A stretch of 64,000 nucleotides of DNA from an uncultured delta proteobacterium (GCA_963796055.1 CAWCKH010000004.1:2464001-2528000), one strand, 5' to 3'. Counted from the stretch's first letter, positions 1-9,831 are shown. Numbers and translations: made by a program. The notes: generated from the letters alone by a model not told the origin.

Positions 1-62
1 CTGGTGTGTGATCCACGCGGAGGTCGCGTCCTCCTCTACGCAGACGCCCCGGATCGTCCACG

Positions 63-812
63 GTGAAGCATCGCTGTCGGCGGCTGATCCTGATGCTCTC
101 CGTCGCGTTCGCCCCGGGGGCCCTGGCCTATCGCCCCTTCGACCAGACCGACGCCGACGTGGCCGAACCCCACCTGATCGAGCTCGAGCTGGGGCCGACG
201 CAGCTCCAGTGGGCAGGGGGACGCACCGCGCTCGTCCCCACGTTCATCTTCAACGTCGGCGTCCTTCCGCGATGGGAGCTGGTCGTCGACGCCTCGGGAA
301 GCGGCACCGTGGCGGGTCCGCGTGAGCCGGGCGAGGTCGCGCAGTTCGAGGCCGGGGTGGCGTTCAAGGGCGTGCTGCGGCAGGGGAGCCTCCAGGACGC
401 TGAGGGCCCCAGCGTGGCGATCGAGCCCGAGCTGCTGCTGCCCGCGACCGCCGACCCATCCGGGTTCGGGGTCTCGGCAGGGCTCATCGTCTCCCAGCGG
501 TGGCCGGCGCTGACGGTGCACCTGAACCTGGTTCCATCCTGGTCGCGGGCGCACCGCTTCGCGGGGCTCGCCGGGTTCATCGTCGAGGGTCCATCCGCCT
601 GGGTGGTGCGTCCAGTCGGCGAGCTCTACGTGGAGGCAGAGCGCGGGCAACCCTCGGTGACGGTCTCCGCGCTCACGGGTGTCGTCTGGCGCCTGTCGCC
701 TCGGGTCTCGGCCGATGCCGCCGTGCGCGGGGGCACCGTGTCCGGAACGGGGGTATTCGAGGTGCGCCTTGGCTTGACCTGGGACATTCCTCTTGACAGT
801 GAAAGGCGCTGA
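63..812 (+). CDS. Secreted hypothetical protein, probable outer-membrane beta-barrel
   Basis: N-terminal signal peptide (…APGALA-YRPF); alternating hydrophobic beta-strand pattern; C-terminal VRLGLTW strand. Confidence 0.6.
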   Translation: MKHRCRRLILMLSVAFAPGALAYRPFDQTDADVAEPHLIELELGPTQLQWAGGRTALVPTFIFNVGVLPRWELVVDASGSGTVAGPREPGEVAQFEAGVAFKGVLRQGSLQDAEGPSVAIEPELLLPATADPSGFGVSAGLIVSQRWPALTVHLNLVPSWSRAHRFAGLAGFIVEGPSAWVVRPVGELYVEAERGQPSVTVSALTGVVWRLSPRVSADAAVRGGTVSGTGVFEVRLGLTWDIPLDSERR

Positions 813-813
813 G

Positions 814-2466
814 ATGTCCGGTGGCACCCCAGAGAGCTCGCCCGAGCTCGGCCAGGCGCGAGAGGCTTACGCGCGTCGAGCGTGGGAGGACGCGTACCAC
901 CTCTTCTCCGCGCTCGACCAGGTGTCCGCGCTCGAGGCCGACGACCTGGCGAAGTATTCCTGGGCCGCGGGGCTGAGCGGACGGGACCGTGAGCTGCTCG
1001 CCATCCTGGAGCGCCTGCATCACCTCCTGCTGGAAGAGGGCGACCCGATGCTCGCTGCGCGGGTCGGATTCTGGCTGGGTTACCGGCTCACCGGGCTGGG
1101 CGAGTTCGGACAGGCGAGCGGCTGGTTCGCCCGGGTGGAGCGGCTGCTGGAGCGTGAGGGGAAGCCGTGCGCCGTCCGGGGGTACCTCCGGATCCCGGAG
1201 ACGATGCACCACCTGGCCCAGAACGAGTGCGACGAGGCGTTCGCCTCCGCGGCGGAGGCTGCGCGGATCGGCGAGGAGTTCGCCGAGCCGGATCTGGTGG
1301 CGCTGGCCAGGAGCCTCCAGGGACGCGCGCGCCTGCGGCAGGGCAGCATCCGCGAGGGACTCGCGCTGCTCGACGAGGCGATGGTGACGGTCAAGACCGA
1401 CGGCGGGGCGCCCATCGTCCCGGCGATCGTGTACTGCATCCTCATCGAGGGATGCCGTCAGGTGTACGCCCTCGACCGCTGCCGGGAGTGGACCGCCGTG
1501 CTGTCGAGCTGGTGCGAGTCACAGCCACAGCTGGTGGCCTTCAACGGCGTCTGCATGGTGCACCGGGTCGAGGTGATGGAGATGAACGGCCAGTGGGAGG
1601 TGGCCCTCGAGGAGGCCCGGCGCGCCTGCCAGCGACTCGCGCAGACACCCGACCCATTCGCCACTCCCGCGGCCCACTACCAGAAGGCGGAGATGCACCG
1701 CCTCCGGGGAGAGCTCGAGGAGGCGGAGGCGGCATACCTCGAAGCGCACCGCCTGGGACGGGAGCCGCAGCCGGGCATGTCGCTCCTCCGGCTGGCACAG
1801 GGGCGGGGAGAGGCCGCCCTGGCGTCGATCCGTCGCGCGCTCGCTGCCCCGGGGGAACCGCTCCAGCGGGCGCGGCTCCTGCCGGCGATGGTGGAGATCG
1901 CCCTTGCAGCCGGCGACGTCGAGGGAGCCTCGACGGCGAGCGCGGAGCTCGAGCAGCTCTCGGAGCGGTTCGAATCCGAGGTCCTGGCCGCGATCGCCGC
2001 CCACGCGCGCGGAACGGTGCTCCTCGCCAGGGGAGAACCACAGCGGGCGCTCGATGCACTCCGCCCCGCGCTCGACGTGTGGCAGCGGCTCGTCGCGCCG
2101 TACCTGGCCGCGCGGGTCCGGGTGTCGGTCGGTCTCGCCTGTCGCGCCCTCGGCGACGAGGAATGGGCGGCCCTGGAGCTCACTGCCGCCCGCAAGGTGT
2201 TCGAGGAGCTCGGGGCCAAGCCGGACCTCGCGCGGCTTCCGCCGCCGGCGGTCGACCACCGGAGCCAGCGTCCCGATGGGCTGACCACGCGCGAGCTGGA
2301 GGTCCTCGGCCTCGTGGCCGCCGGCAAGACGAACAAGGTGATCGCCGGGGAGCTGTTCCTGAGCGAGAAGACGGTCGACCGTCACCTGAGCAACATCTTT
2401 CTCAAGCTCGGGGTCTCCTCGCGGGCGGCGGCCACCGCGTACGCCTTCACCCACAAGCTCGTCTAG
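814..2466 (+). CDS. LuxR-family transcriptional regulator with TPR-like sensor region
   Basis: C-terminal LTTRELEVLGLVAAGKTNKVIAGELFLSEKTVDRHLSNIFLKLGV LuxR HTH; ATG 1 nt after upstream stop. Confidence 0.9.
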   Translation: MSGGTPESSPELGQAREAYARRAWEDAYHLFSALDQVSALEADDLAKYSWAAGLSGRDRELLAILERLHHLLLEEGDPMLAARVGFWLGYRLTGLGEFGQASGWFARVERLLEREGKPCAVRGYLRIPETMHHLAQNECDEAFASAAEAARIGEEFAEPDLVALARSLQGRARLRQGSIREGLALLDEAMVTVKTDGGAPIVPAIVYCILIEGCRQVYALDRCREWTAVLSSWCESQPQLVAFNGVCMVHRVEVMEMNGQWEVALEEARRACQRLAQTPDPFATPAAHYQKAEMHRLRGELEEAEAAYLEAHRLGREPQPGMSLLRLAQGRGEAALASIRRALAAPGEPLQRARLLPAMVEIALAAGDVEGASTASAELEQLSERFESEVLAAIAAHARGTVLLARGEPQRALDALRPALDVWQRLVAPYLAARVRVSVGLACRALGDEEWAALELTAARKVFEELGAKPDLARLPPPAVDHRSQRPDGLTTRELEVLGLVAAGKTNKVIAGELFLSEKTVDRHLSNIFLKLGVSSRAAATAYAFTHKLV

Positions 2467-2474
2467 CCGCGGCG

Positions 2475-2490
2475 TGGGGGAAATCCCCCA
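2475..2490. promoter_or_regulatory. Palindromic operator TGGGGG-AAAT-CCCCCA, candidate LuxR site
   Basis: Perfect 6-bp inverted repeat between the LuxR stop and the FMO gene. Confidence 0.5.
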
Positions 2491-2584
2491 TCCGGCGCCT
2501 TCACCAAAATGCAGGGTTCTCCCGACGCGGACGCCCGGGGCGAGCGCGTACATCCCGCCCGTGAATTCGAGCCGGAGGATGGTC

Positions 2585-3796
2585 ATGCGCAGCGAAGAGT
2601 CGGTCGGTGGAAGCTCGTCGGTGATGGTGGAGGAGGGGCAGGCGCTCGAGACGCTGGAGCCGCGCCCCCGGAGCCGCTTCCGCGTCGAGATGGAGGTGGA
2701 CGTGCTGGTCATCGGCGCCGGCCAGGCGGGACTCTCGGTGGGGTACCACCTCCTGCGGCAGGGGGTGCGGAACTTTCTCCTCCTCGATGCCAACGCTCGG
2801 GTGGGGGATCCGTGGCGCCAGCGGTGGGACTCGCTCCGAGTCTTCACTCCGGCGAAGTACGACTCGCTCGACGGGATGCCCTTCCCCGCGCCGCCGTTCA
2901 GCTACCCCACCAAGGACGAGATGGCGGACTACCTCGAGGAGTATGCCCGGCACTTCAACCTGCCGGTGCGCAACGGCGTCCGGGTGGACGGTCTCTCGCG
3001 CTCCGGCGACCAATACGTGGTCGCCGCCAGTCACCAGCGCTTCCTGGCCCGCGAGGTGGTGGTGGCGATGGCCACCTACCAGAAGCCGAAGGTCCCGGCG
3101 TTCGCCACCGAGCTGGACCCGAGCATCGTGCAGCTGCACTCGAGCGCGTACCGGAGCCCCGCGCAGCTCCGGCCCGGGAAGGTGCTGCTCGTCGGCGCGG
3201 GGAACTCGGGCGCGGAGATCGCGATCGAGCTACGCAAGGCGGGGCATCCGGTGGTGATGTCCGGCCGCGACGTGGGCAACATTCCGCCCTGGTTCCACCA
3301 CCCGGTCTCCCAGCGGCTGTTCATGCCGCTGCTGTTCCGAGGCATTTTCCACCGCCTCCTCAGCGAGTCGACGCCGCTGGGCCGGAAGGCGAAGCGCGGG
3401 CACAACGGGCAGGCCACCCCCCTCATCCGCACGTTGCCCAGGCACCTGGCGGCGGCCGGCGTCGAGCGCGTGGGCCGGGTGGCCGGCGTGCAGGGCGGCC
3501 GGCCGGTGCTGGAGGACGGCACGGCGCTCGACGCGACGAACGTGATCTGGTGCACCGGGTACCACCCCGGCTTCTCCTGGGTGAACCTCCCGGTCTTCGA
3601 CGAGCGTGGCGAGCCGCGCCAGTACCGCGGGGTGGTGTGCGAGGAGCCGGGTCTCTACTTCGTGGGGCTGGACTTCCTGTACGCGATGTCCTCCACGATG
3701 ATCCACGGTGTGGGTCGCGATGCACGCTACGTCGCGGAGCAGATCGCCGAGCGCCTTGCGACGGAGCCGGCGCAGCAGATGGCGTCCGCTGCCTGA
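2585..3796 (+). CDS. Flavin-containing monooxygenase (CzcO/TrkA-like FAD/NAD(P) oxidoreductase)
   Basis: GAGQAG FAD motif, WRQRWDSL, LHSSAY fingerprint, GAGNSG NADP motif, WCTGY; GGAGG RBS before ATG 2585. Confidence 0.9.
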   Translation: MRSEESVGGSSSVMVEEGQALETLEPRPRSRFRVEMEVDVLVIGAGQAGLSVGYHLLRQGVRNFLLLDANARVGDPWRQRWDSLRVFTPAKYDSLDGMPFPAPPFSYPTKDEMADYLEEYARHFNLPVRNGVRVDGLSRSGDQYVVAASHQRFLAREVVVAMATYQKPKVPAFATELDPSIVQLHSSAYRSPAQLRPGKVLLVGAGNSGAEIAIELRKAGHPVVMSGRDVGNIPPWFHHPVSQRLFMPLLFRGIFHRLLSESTPLGRKAKRGHNGQATPLIRTLPRHLAAAGVERVGRVAGVQGGRPVLEDGTALDATNVIWCTGYHPGFSWVNLPVFDERGEPRQYRGVVCEEPGLYFVGLDFLYAMSSTMIHGVGRDARYVAEQIAERLATEPAQQMASAA

Positions 3797-3804
3797 GACG
3801 GGCG

Positions 3805-4317
3805 TCAGGACTTCGCGAGCCGGATCTTCTGCTCGCTCTTGTCCCGACAGAAGGTTTCGAAGAAGGTGTCGCCCGCGTCGTAGTTCAGCGTCCACGGCGG
3901 ATACATCGCGCACCGCGGGTCCAGGCAGTGGTGCAGCTCCCAGCTGTGTCCGAGCTGGTGCATCGCGTGACGGGCAATCTGCTTGAGCCCCGCCTCGGGG
4001 TCCTTCACCCCCGCGCTCGAGACCAGGGCCCGGGGCCCGTTCTGGTCTGCGAACCCCGAGCAGGGCACGTCGCCGGAGAGGAGCGAGCGTGGCTTCAGCT
4101 TGCGCGAGGTCAGGTAGAGAATCTTGTCGTCGGCGTACGCCCGCGGCGAGGGTAGCGCTTTCAGCAGCTCCAGGGCGTCGAACGGCTCGCTCTGCCCCGG
4201 GGGCAGCGGCATGTCGCCCGCGTGCTCGCAGCCCACGCCAAACGCGGTGTAGAGCACCTTGCACAGCCGGTCGACGACCTTCGGGTCGTACGGGTCGAGG
4301 GTCACCAGTCGGATCAC
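3805..4317 (-). CDS. carG: CarG, zinc-binding non-proteolytic archaemetzincin-like cofactor
   Basis: HQLGHSWELHHC-x4-C-x-M…C-x2-C motif (Q replaces catalytic E); directly downstream of carD. Confidence 0.85.
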   Translation of the reverse strand: MIRLVTLDPYDPKVVDRLCKVLYTAFGVGCEHAGDMPLPPGQSEPFDALELLKALPSPRAYADDKILYLTSRKLKPRSLLSGDVPCSGFADQNGPRALVSSAGVKDPEAGLKQIARHAMHQLGHSWELHHCLDPRCAMYPPWTLNYDAGDTFFETFCRDKSEQKIRLAKS

Positions 4318-4337
4318 GGGGGTGTTCTCTCCTCGGG

Positions 4338-5225
4338 CTACTTCTTCTTCGCCGACTTCGCGGCGGGCCTTGCCTTGCCGGTCGGCTTCGCCGCGGCCTT
4401 CGCCTTCGGGGCGGGCTTCTTCTCGTGCTTCCCCGGCGGCTTCTTCTCCTTGGCCGCCTTCTTCTGCGGGGGCCTCTTCTTCGCCACGGGCTTCTTCTCC
4501 GCCCGGGCCTTCGTCTCACCCTTCGCCTTGGCGCCGGGCTTGGCCTTCGCCGCGGGCTCGACCGGCTCCTCGACCTCGGCCTCCTCTGCCGGGGGCTCCG
4601 GCTCGCCGCCGAGTTCCATCTCCCCGCCGAGCTCGAGCAGATCGTCGCCGAGCTCCATCCCCTCCTCCTCACCGCTGCCGGTCCGGAACTCCTCGGCGGT
4701 CCGCTTCGGCCGCTCGCGGCCCGGCGGGAAGAGCACCACGTCCACCGAGTCCTCGGCGTCCACCTCGGCGACGTTCAGGCTCGCCGCCAGCTCGGCCACC
4801 AGGAGGTGACGGGCGTTGTCGTAGAGCTCGCGCTCCTTGGTGGGCAGCGGTCGCAGCTCGGACAGCACTTGCAGCCCCTTCACCACCTCCGCCAGCCCCA
4901 TCAACCCGCCCTGGCTCATCCGCTCCACGTTGGTCCGGGCCCGCTGCTTCCAGTCGAGGTTGGCCTTGTCGCTGTCCGAGCGGAGGAAGGAGAAGACCCG
5001 CTCCACCTCGGGTCGGGTGGCCACCTTCCGCAACCCGATGGAGCGAACCTTCGCCTCGGGCACCATCACCACCGCGCCGTCCTCCTCGCGCTTCATGGTG
5101 ACGAAGGTGAGCGTCTGCCCGGCGACCTCCTTCGACTCCACGCTGGTCACGCGGCACACGCCCTGATTCGGATAGACGACGCGGTCCCCGACGGCGAGCG
5201 TCAGGGCCTGAGCTGTCTCGGCCAT
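4338..5225 (-). CDS. carD: CarD transcription factor (CarD/CdnL/TRCF-RID domain, acidic region, basic tail)
   Basis: VGDRVVYPNQGVC N-terminal domain; acidic linker; K/A/P-rich C-terminus; paired with carG. Confidence 0.9.
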   Translation of the reverse strand: MAETAQALTLAVGDRVVYPNQGVCRVTSVESKEVAGQTLTFVTMKREEDGAVVMVPEAKVRSIGLRKVATRPEVERVFSFLRSDSDKANLDWKQRARTNVERMSQGGLMGLAEVVKGLQVLSELRPLPTKERELYDNARHLLVAELAASLNVAEVDAEDSVDVVLFPPGRERPKRTAEEFRTGSGEEEGMELGDDLLELGGEMELGGEPEPPAEEAEVEEPVEPAAKAKPGAKAKGETKARAEKKPVAKKRPPQKKAAKEKKPPGKHEKKPAPKAKAAAKPTGKARPAAKSAKKK

Positions 5226-5240
5226 GTCGAGGGCGAGGGC

Positions 5241-5642
5241 CTACACCATCCGGCGGCAGGGCGCGAGAGCATCGGCGGTCGCAATGCGCTCGGCCACGAG
5301 GACCAGCAGGGCCCGCGGGTCGAAGGGCTTCCCCATGCACCAGCGGGCGTGCTCGCGGAGGAAGCCTTCCGCGCGGGCGTCGAACACGCCCCCGGTCAGG
5401 AAGACCATCCGGGCCGCGACCTCGGGCCGCGTCTCGGAGAGCCGGGCGTGGAGCTCCAGGCCGGTCATGTGCGGCATCATGATGTCGCAGAGCACGGCGT
5501 CGAACGGACCGGCGTCGAGCATCGCCAGCGCTGCCGGCCCGCTGTGCGCCACCTGGACCTCGTGCGCCCGGGCCAGAAGACGCCGGGCGGCGCTCGCCAC
5601 CAGCGGCTCGTCATCGACCACCAGGACCCGTGTCCGGCGCAT
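5241..5642 (-). CDS. Single-domain response regulator (receiver)
   Basis: VLVVDDEP, LCDIMMP, FLTG and KPF receiver motifs. Confidence 0.85.
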   Translation of the reverse strand: MRRTRVLVVDDEPLVASAARRLLARAHEVQVAHSGPAALAMLDAGPFDAVLCDIMMPHMTGLELHARLSETRPEVAARMVFLTGGVFDARAEGFLREHARWCMGKPFDPRALLVLVAERIATADALAPCRRMV

Positions 5643-5719
5643 GTGCCCCTCGGATTGCGAAGGCGGGGCCAGCCCAGAATCGCAGCAGCGGACGGGGGGT
5701 TCCGCGCGCGGCGGCCCGG

Positions 5720-7126
5720 TCAGCGCGGGAGGGGTGAGTCCCCGCCGACCTGTGCCGGCGGGAGCTCGGCGCGCAGGTGCACGGTGGTCCCCGATCGGCC
5801 GCTGATCTCCCCGGTCCAGTCGGACCGCCCCGGCAGCATCACCCGGAGCTGGTGCGGCTGGTCGGCGCCGAGGTGGGTGATGCGCAGCGGCGTGGCCCCT
5901 GGCACCGGCGTGCCATCCACTTCGACGCGCGCCCCGGTGGGCTCGGAGAGCAGCTCGAGCTCGAAGGTCGGCACCGTTCCCAGCACCAAGGCCAGCACGG
6001 TCCCGAGCAGGAGCGCCACCCCGAGCATGGCCACCAGCTTCCAGGGCCGGGTGCGGGCAGGTTCCGGCGGCCGGACCGCCGCGGTGGTCACCGAGGGCAC
6101 CGCCTCGAGCGGCTCCTCGGCCCGTGTTCCCTTCCGCCACTCGGGCACGGCCTCGAGAACTGCCCGGGGAAGCTTCACCTCCTGCCCCTCGGCGAGCAGC
6201 TCGGGCTCGAAGAGAAAGGACATGAAATCGCTCAGCGGCGGAGGCCGAGGACCGAGCGCGTGCAGCGCATCGGAGAGGGCGTGCTCCATCTCCTGCGCCG
6301 AGGCGAAGCGATCCTCGGGCGCGTGGGCCATCGCCCGGAGCAGGGTGGCCTCGAGCCCGGGCGAGAGGCGTGGATTCAGGCTCCTCGGGGCGGGGAACTC
6401 TCCGCGGATGATGCTCCGCATCGCCTGCACCACCTTCCCGAGGTGGGGCAGCCGGCCGCAGAGCAGCTGGTAGAGTACCGCTCCGGTGGCGTAGAGGTCG
6501 GTGCGGAAGTCCACCGGCTCGCCGCGGGCCTGCTCCGGCGAGAAGTAGGGGTACTTCCCCTTCACCCCGCTGGCCTGCATCGCCGCGTCGGTGGCGTTGC
6601 GCGCCCGGGCGATGCCGAAGTCGACGATCTTCACCTCGCCCGCGTAGCCGAGCAGCACGTTCTGCGGCGAGACGTCACGGTGGACGATCTGCAGCGACCG
6701 CCCGCGCTCGTCGACCCGGGTGTGGGCGTAATGCAGCCCGCGGCACATCCCGATCCCGATCTGCAGGGCGATGGGCTCGGGGAGGAACGGGAACTGCAGC
6801 GCGTGGGCCCGCCGGAGCACGCGGCTCAGCGGCTGGCCGTGCACGTACTCCATCGCCAGGAAGTAGTCGCCGTCGATCTCCCCGAAGTCGAAGACCTGGG
6901 CGATGTTCCCGTGGCTCAGCGACACCGCGATGCGCGCCTCGTTGACGAACATCCGGACGAAGGCCTCGCTGCCGGCGAACGCAGGGAGGATCTTCTTGAT
7001 CACCACCGGCTTGCTCACGCCCGCCATCGCGTCGAAGCGCGCGCGGTACAGCTCGGCCATCCCGCCGACGGCGAGTCGCTCCAGCAGCTGGTACTTGCCA
7101 AACTGGGGCGGGACCGGAGAGGGCAC
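5720..7126 (-). CDS. Membrane Ser/Thr protein kinase with C-terminal PEGA domain
   Basis: GGMAELY, VIKK, HRDVSPQN, DFG, SPE motifs; TM helix; SEPTGARVEVDG PEGA motif. Confidence 0.92.
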   Translation of the reverse strand: MPSPVPPQFGKYQLLERLAVGGMAELYRARFDAMAGVSKPVVIKKILPAFAGSEAFVRMFVNEARIAVSLSHGNIAQVFDFGEIDGDYFLAMEYVHGQPLSRVLRRAHALQFPFLPEPIALQIGIGMCRGLHYAHTRVDERGRSLQIVHRDVSPQNVLLGYAGEVKIVDFGIARARNATDAAMQASGVKGKYPYFSPEQARGEPVDFRTDLYATGAVLYQLLCGRLPHLGKVVQAMRSIIRGEFPAPRSLNPRLSPGLEATLLRAMAHAPEDRFASAQEMEHALSDALHALGPRPPPLSDFMSFLFEPELLAEGQEVKLPRAVLEAVPEWRKGTRAEEPLEAVPSVTTAAVRPPEPARTRPWKLVAMLGVALLLGTVLALVLGTVPTFELELLSEPTGARVEVDGTPVPGATPLRITHLGADQPHQLRVMLPGRSDWTGEISGRSGTTVHLRAELPPAQVGGDSPLPR

Positions 7127-7153
7127 GTCTGGAGAGGAAAGGTAACATGGTGC

Positions 7154-7963
7154 ATGCTGCGCGGCCGCTCCGTGCGTCGCGCGATCTCTCTCGTCATTTC
7201 ATGGGTGTGCGTCGCGGGCTCCGGGTGCGAGGAGCGGAGCGCGCCGCCGCTGTCCTCGCTGGCGCCCGCGCCGTTGCAGCCGCTCGGTGCAGCAGGGACG
7301 GACGCGGGGCCCGATCCACACCGACTGGCCACCGCACCGGTGTGGGGTGCTCCCCTCCCCGCAGGGGCGGTGCGGGTGACGTTCCGCAAGGGACAGGCGC
7401 AGGCGGGCGCCAGCGTGGTGTCGCTCGGCGCCGACGCAGGCGTCTCGGTGCTTCTCGGGCCAATCGGGAAAGGCCCGGTGCTGCTGGTTCCGGACGACGA
7501 GGTCTACATGGCCGAGCTGGCGCCGCTGCTCGCCGCGCTCGACGACGCGAAGGTGCCCACCTGGATCCTCCATCCGGGGGGAGCGGTCGCCTTCCAGGTC
7601 GATCTCCGCGACGAGCCCGCGTTCGACGCCTGGCTGGACGAGCCGAAGCCGGGGAAGATCCGGATCATCCAGCGGCAGGACGGGCTCGAGCTGGTGAGCG
7701 GCATCGGAAAGCTCCCCGGCACGGACCCGAACGGGCCGACAGTGCCGGTGCGTGGCGGCCGGCTCGACGTGGCGACCACCCGGGAGGGGCTGCAACGGCT
7801 GGAGAAGAGATTTCATGCGCCCGACGCCTGCCTGGTGCCCTCGTTCGGGACCGAGCTGCGTGCGGTGGGGACGGTGCTCTCCGCGTTCTGGTCCGGCCCC
7901 AAGGACCCGCTGTTCGAGCGGGTGTGCCTGGTCTATCCGAGGCCCGGTGCCCCCCGGCGCTGA
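7154..7963 (+). CDS. Hypothetical exported protein/lipoprotein, possibly tandem ExbD/TolR-like domains
   Basis: Hydrophobic N-terminus ending GSGC; coding-like codon usage; fills the gap between kinase and ACAD; start uncertain (7154 or 7172). Confidence 0.6.
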   Translation: MLRGRSVRRAISLVISWVCVAGSGCEERSAPPLSSLAPAPLQPLGAAGTDAGPDPHRLATAPVWGAPLPAGAVRVTFRKGQAQAGASVVSLGADAGVSVLLGPIGKGPVLLVPDDEVYMAELAPLLAALDDAKVPTWILHPGGAVAFQVDLRDEPAFDAWLDEPKPGKIRIIQRQDGLELVSGIGKLPGTDPNGPTVPVRGGRLDVATTREGLQRLEKRFHAPDACLVPSFGTELRAVGTVLSAFWSGPKDPLFERVCLVYPRPGAPRR

Positions 7964-8028
7964 GCTGGAAAGCTCGGCCCGCCTCGGTTATCCGTTGATT
8001 GCAGAATCAGTCCTCCCGAGGTGCCTCC

Positions 8029-9831
8029 ATGGCCGCCGTGCTCCAGCCCACCCACCCCGCCACCGTTCCCCAGGGAGGGGGCTTCCTCTTCCAGGAGGCC
8101 GGGAAGACGCGCATCACCACACCGGAGTCGTTCACCGAGGAGCAGCGGCTGCTCCACAAGACGGCGTTGCAGTTCTGTCGGGAGCAGGTCCTTTCCCAGG
8201 CGGACGCCATCGAGGCCAAGACGCCGGGCCTGCTCCGTTCGCTCCTGGGCAAGGCAGGTGAGCTGGGGCTGTTGATGGTGGACATCCCCGAGCGCTTCGG
8301 TGGGCTCGGCGGAGACAAGACCACCTCGCTCCTGGTGGCCGAGGCCAACTCCCTGATGGGCAGCTGGAGCGTGACCTTCGCCGCGCACACCGGGATCGGC
8401 ACGCTTCCCATCGCCTGGTTCGGGACCGAGGCCCAGAAGGCACGCTGGTTGCCGAAGCTGGCCACCGGGGAGCTGATCGCGGCGTACGCCCTCACCGAGC
8501 AGGGCAGCGGGAGCGACGCGCTCGGGGCCAAGACCCGGGCAGTGAAGAGCCCCGACGGCAAGTCCTGGGTCCTGAACGGGAGCAAGCTCTACATCACCAA
8601 CGCCGAGTTTGCCGACGTGTTCGTGGTCTTCGCCAAGGTCGACGGTGAGCACTTCACCGGGTTCGTGGTGGAGAAGGGAACCCCCGGCCTGACGGTGGGG
8701 CCCGAGGAGCACAAGATGGGGATCCGCGGCTCGTCGACCTGCCCACTCTACTTCGAGGATGCGCGGATCCCGGTGGAAAATCTCCTCGGGGAGATCGGCA
8801 AGGGCCACAAGATCGCCTTCAACATCCTGAACCTCGGGCGGCTGAAGCTCGGGGCGGCCGTGCTCGGAGGAATGAAGCTCCAGCTGGCGAACGCGCTGAA
8901 GTTCGCCGAGGAGCGCAAGCAGTTCCGGACCCCGGTGGCGCAGTTTCCGCTCATCCGGGAGAAGCTGGCCCGGATGGCGGGGACGATCCACGCCATCGAG
9001 ACGATGACCTACCGGACCACCGGGCTCATCGACGCACTCCTGGCCAGCCAGAAGGCCAGCGCCGACGACGAGGCCAGGACCATCGCCGCCTTCGAGGAGT
9101 TCGCCATCGAGGCCTCGATCGTGAAGGTGATGGGAAGCGAGGCGCTCGGGGTCCTGGTGGACGACGCGGTGCAGATCCACGGCGGGGCGGGCTTCATCCA
9201 GGAGTACCCGGTGGAGCGTGCGTACCGCGATGCGCGGATCAACCGCATCTTCGAGGGGACCAACGAGATCAACCGGATGCTGGTCACCGGGATGCTGCTC
9301 AAGCGCGCGGTGAAGGGGACCCTGCCGCTCTTCGCCCAGGCCGACGCGGTCGAGCGGGCGCTGGCGGAGAAGCAGCTGCCGGCGGTCCAGGGCGGCGACC
9401 CGGTGGCCGGCGCCGCGCGCGATGCCGAGGCGCTGAAGCTCGCGGCGCTCTACGCCCTGAAGGTGGCCACCGCGCGCTTCGGGACGGAGATCGAGAAGCA
9501 CCAGGAGGTGATGGCCGCCATCGCCGATGTGGTGATGGACGCCTACGCGGTGGACTCCATGGTGGCCCGCACGCGCCAGGCAGCCTCCACCTCGGGACTG
9601 GATCCGGTCCGCAGTGCGATGACCGTGAACTACGCCGCGGATGCCATCGCCCGGAGCGGCGAGCGGGCCCGGCGCGCCCTCTGCCCCTCGAGCGAGGGGA
9701 GCGCGCTGGACACGCACCTCCAGCGCATCGCCCCGCTGTTCACCTTCCGGCCATTCGATCCGGCGGCGCTGCGCGAGACCGTGGTCCGTGCCGCGGAGGC
9801 CGCCGGCGGCTACCCGCTGCCGATCGTCTGA
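8029..9831 (+). CDS. Acyl-CoA dehydrogenase (long, ~600 aa type)
   Basis: YALTEQGSGSDA, NGSKLYITN, KMGIRGSST, QIHGGAGF, RIFEGTNEINR. Confidence 0.95.
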   Translation: MAAVLQPTHPATVPQGGGFLFQEAGKTRITTPESFTEEQRLLHKTALQFCREQVLSQADAIEAKTPGLLRSLLGKAGELGLLMVDIPERFGGLGGDKTTSLLVAEANSLMGSWSVTFAAHTGIGTLPIAWFGTEAQKARWLPKLATGELIAAYALTEQGSGSDALGAKTRAVKSPDGKSWVLNGSKLYITNAEFADVFVVFAKVDGEHFTGFVVEKGTPGLTVGPEEHKMGIRGSSTCPLYFEDARIPVENLLGEIGKGHKIAFNILNLGRLKLGAAVLGGMKLQLANALKFAEERKQFRTPVAQFPLIREKLARMAGTIHAIETMTYRTTGLIDALLASQKASADDEARTIAAFEEFAIEASIVKVMGSEALGVLVDDAVQIHGGAGFIQEYPVERAYRDARINRIFEGTNEINRMLVTGMLLKRAVKGTLPLFAQADAVERALAEKQLPAVQGGDPVAGAARDAEALKLAALYALKVATARFGTEIEKHQEVMAAIADVVMDAYAVDSMVARTRQAASTSGLDPVRSAMTVNYAADAIARSGERARRALCPSSEGSALDTHLQRIAPLFTFRPFDPAALRETVVRAAEAAGGYPLPIV

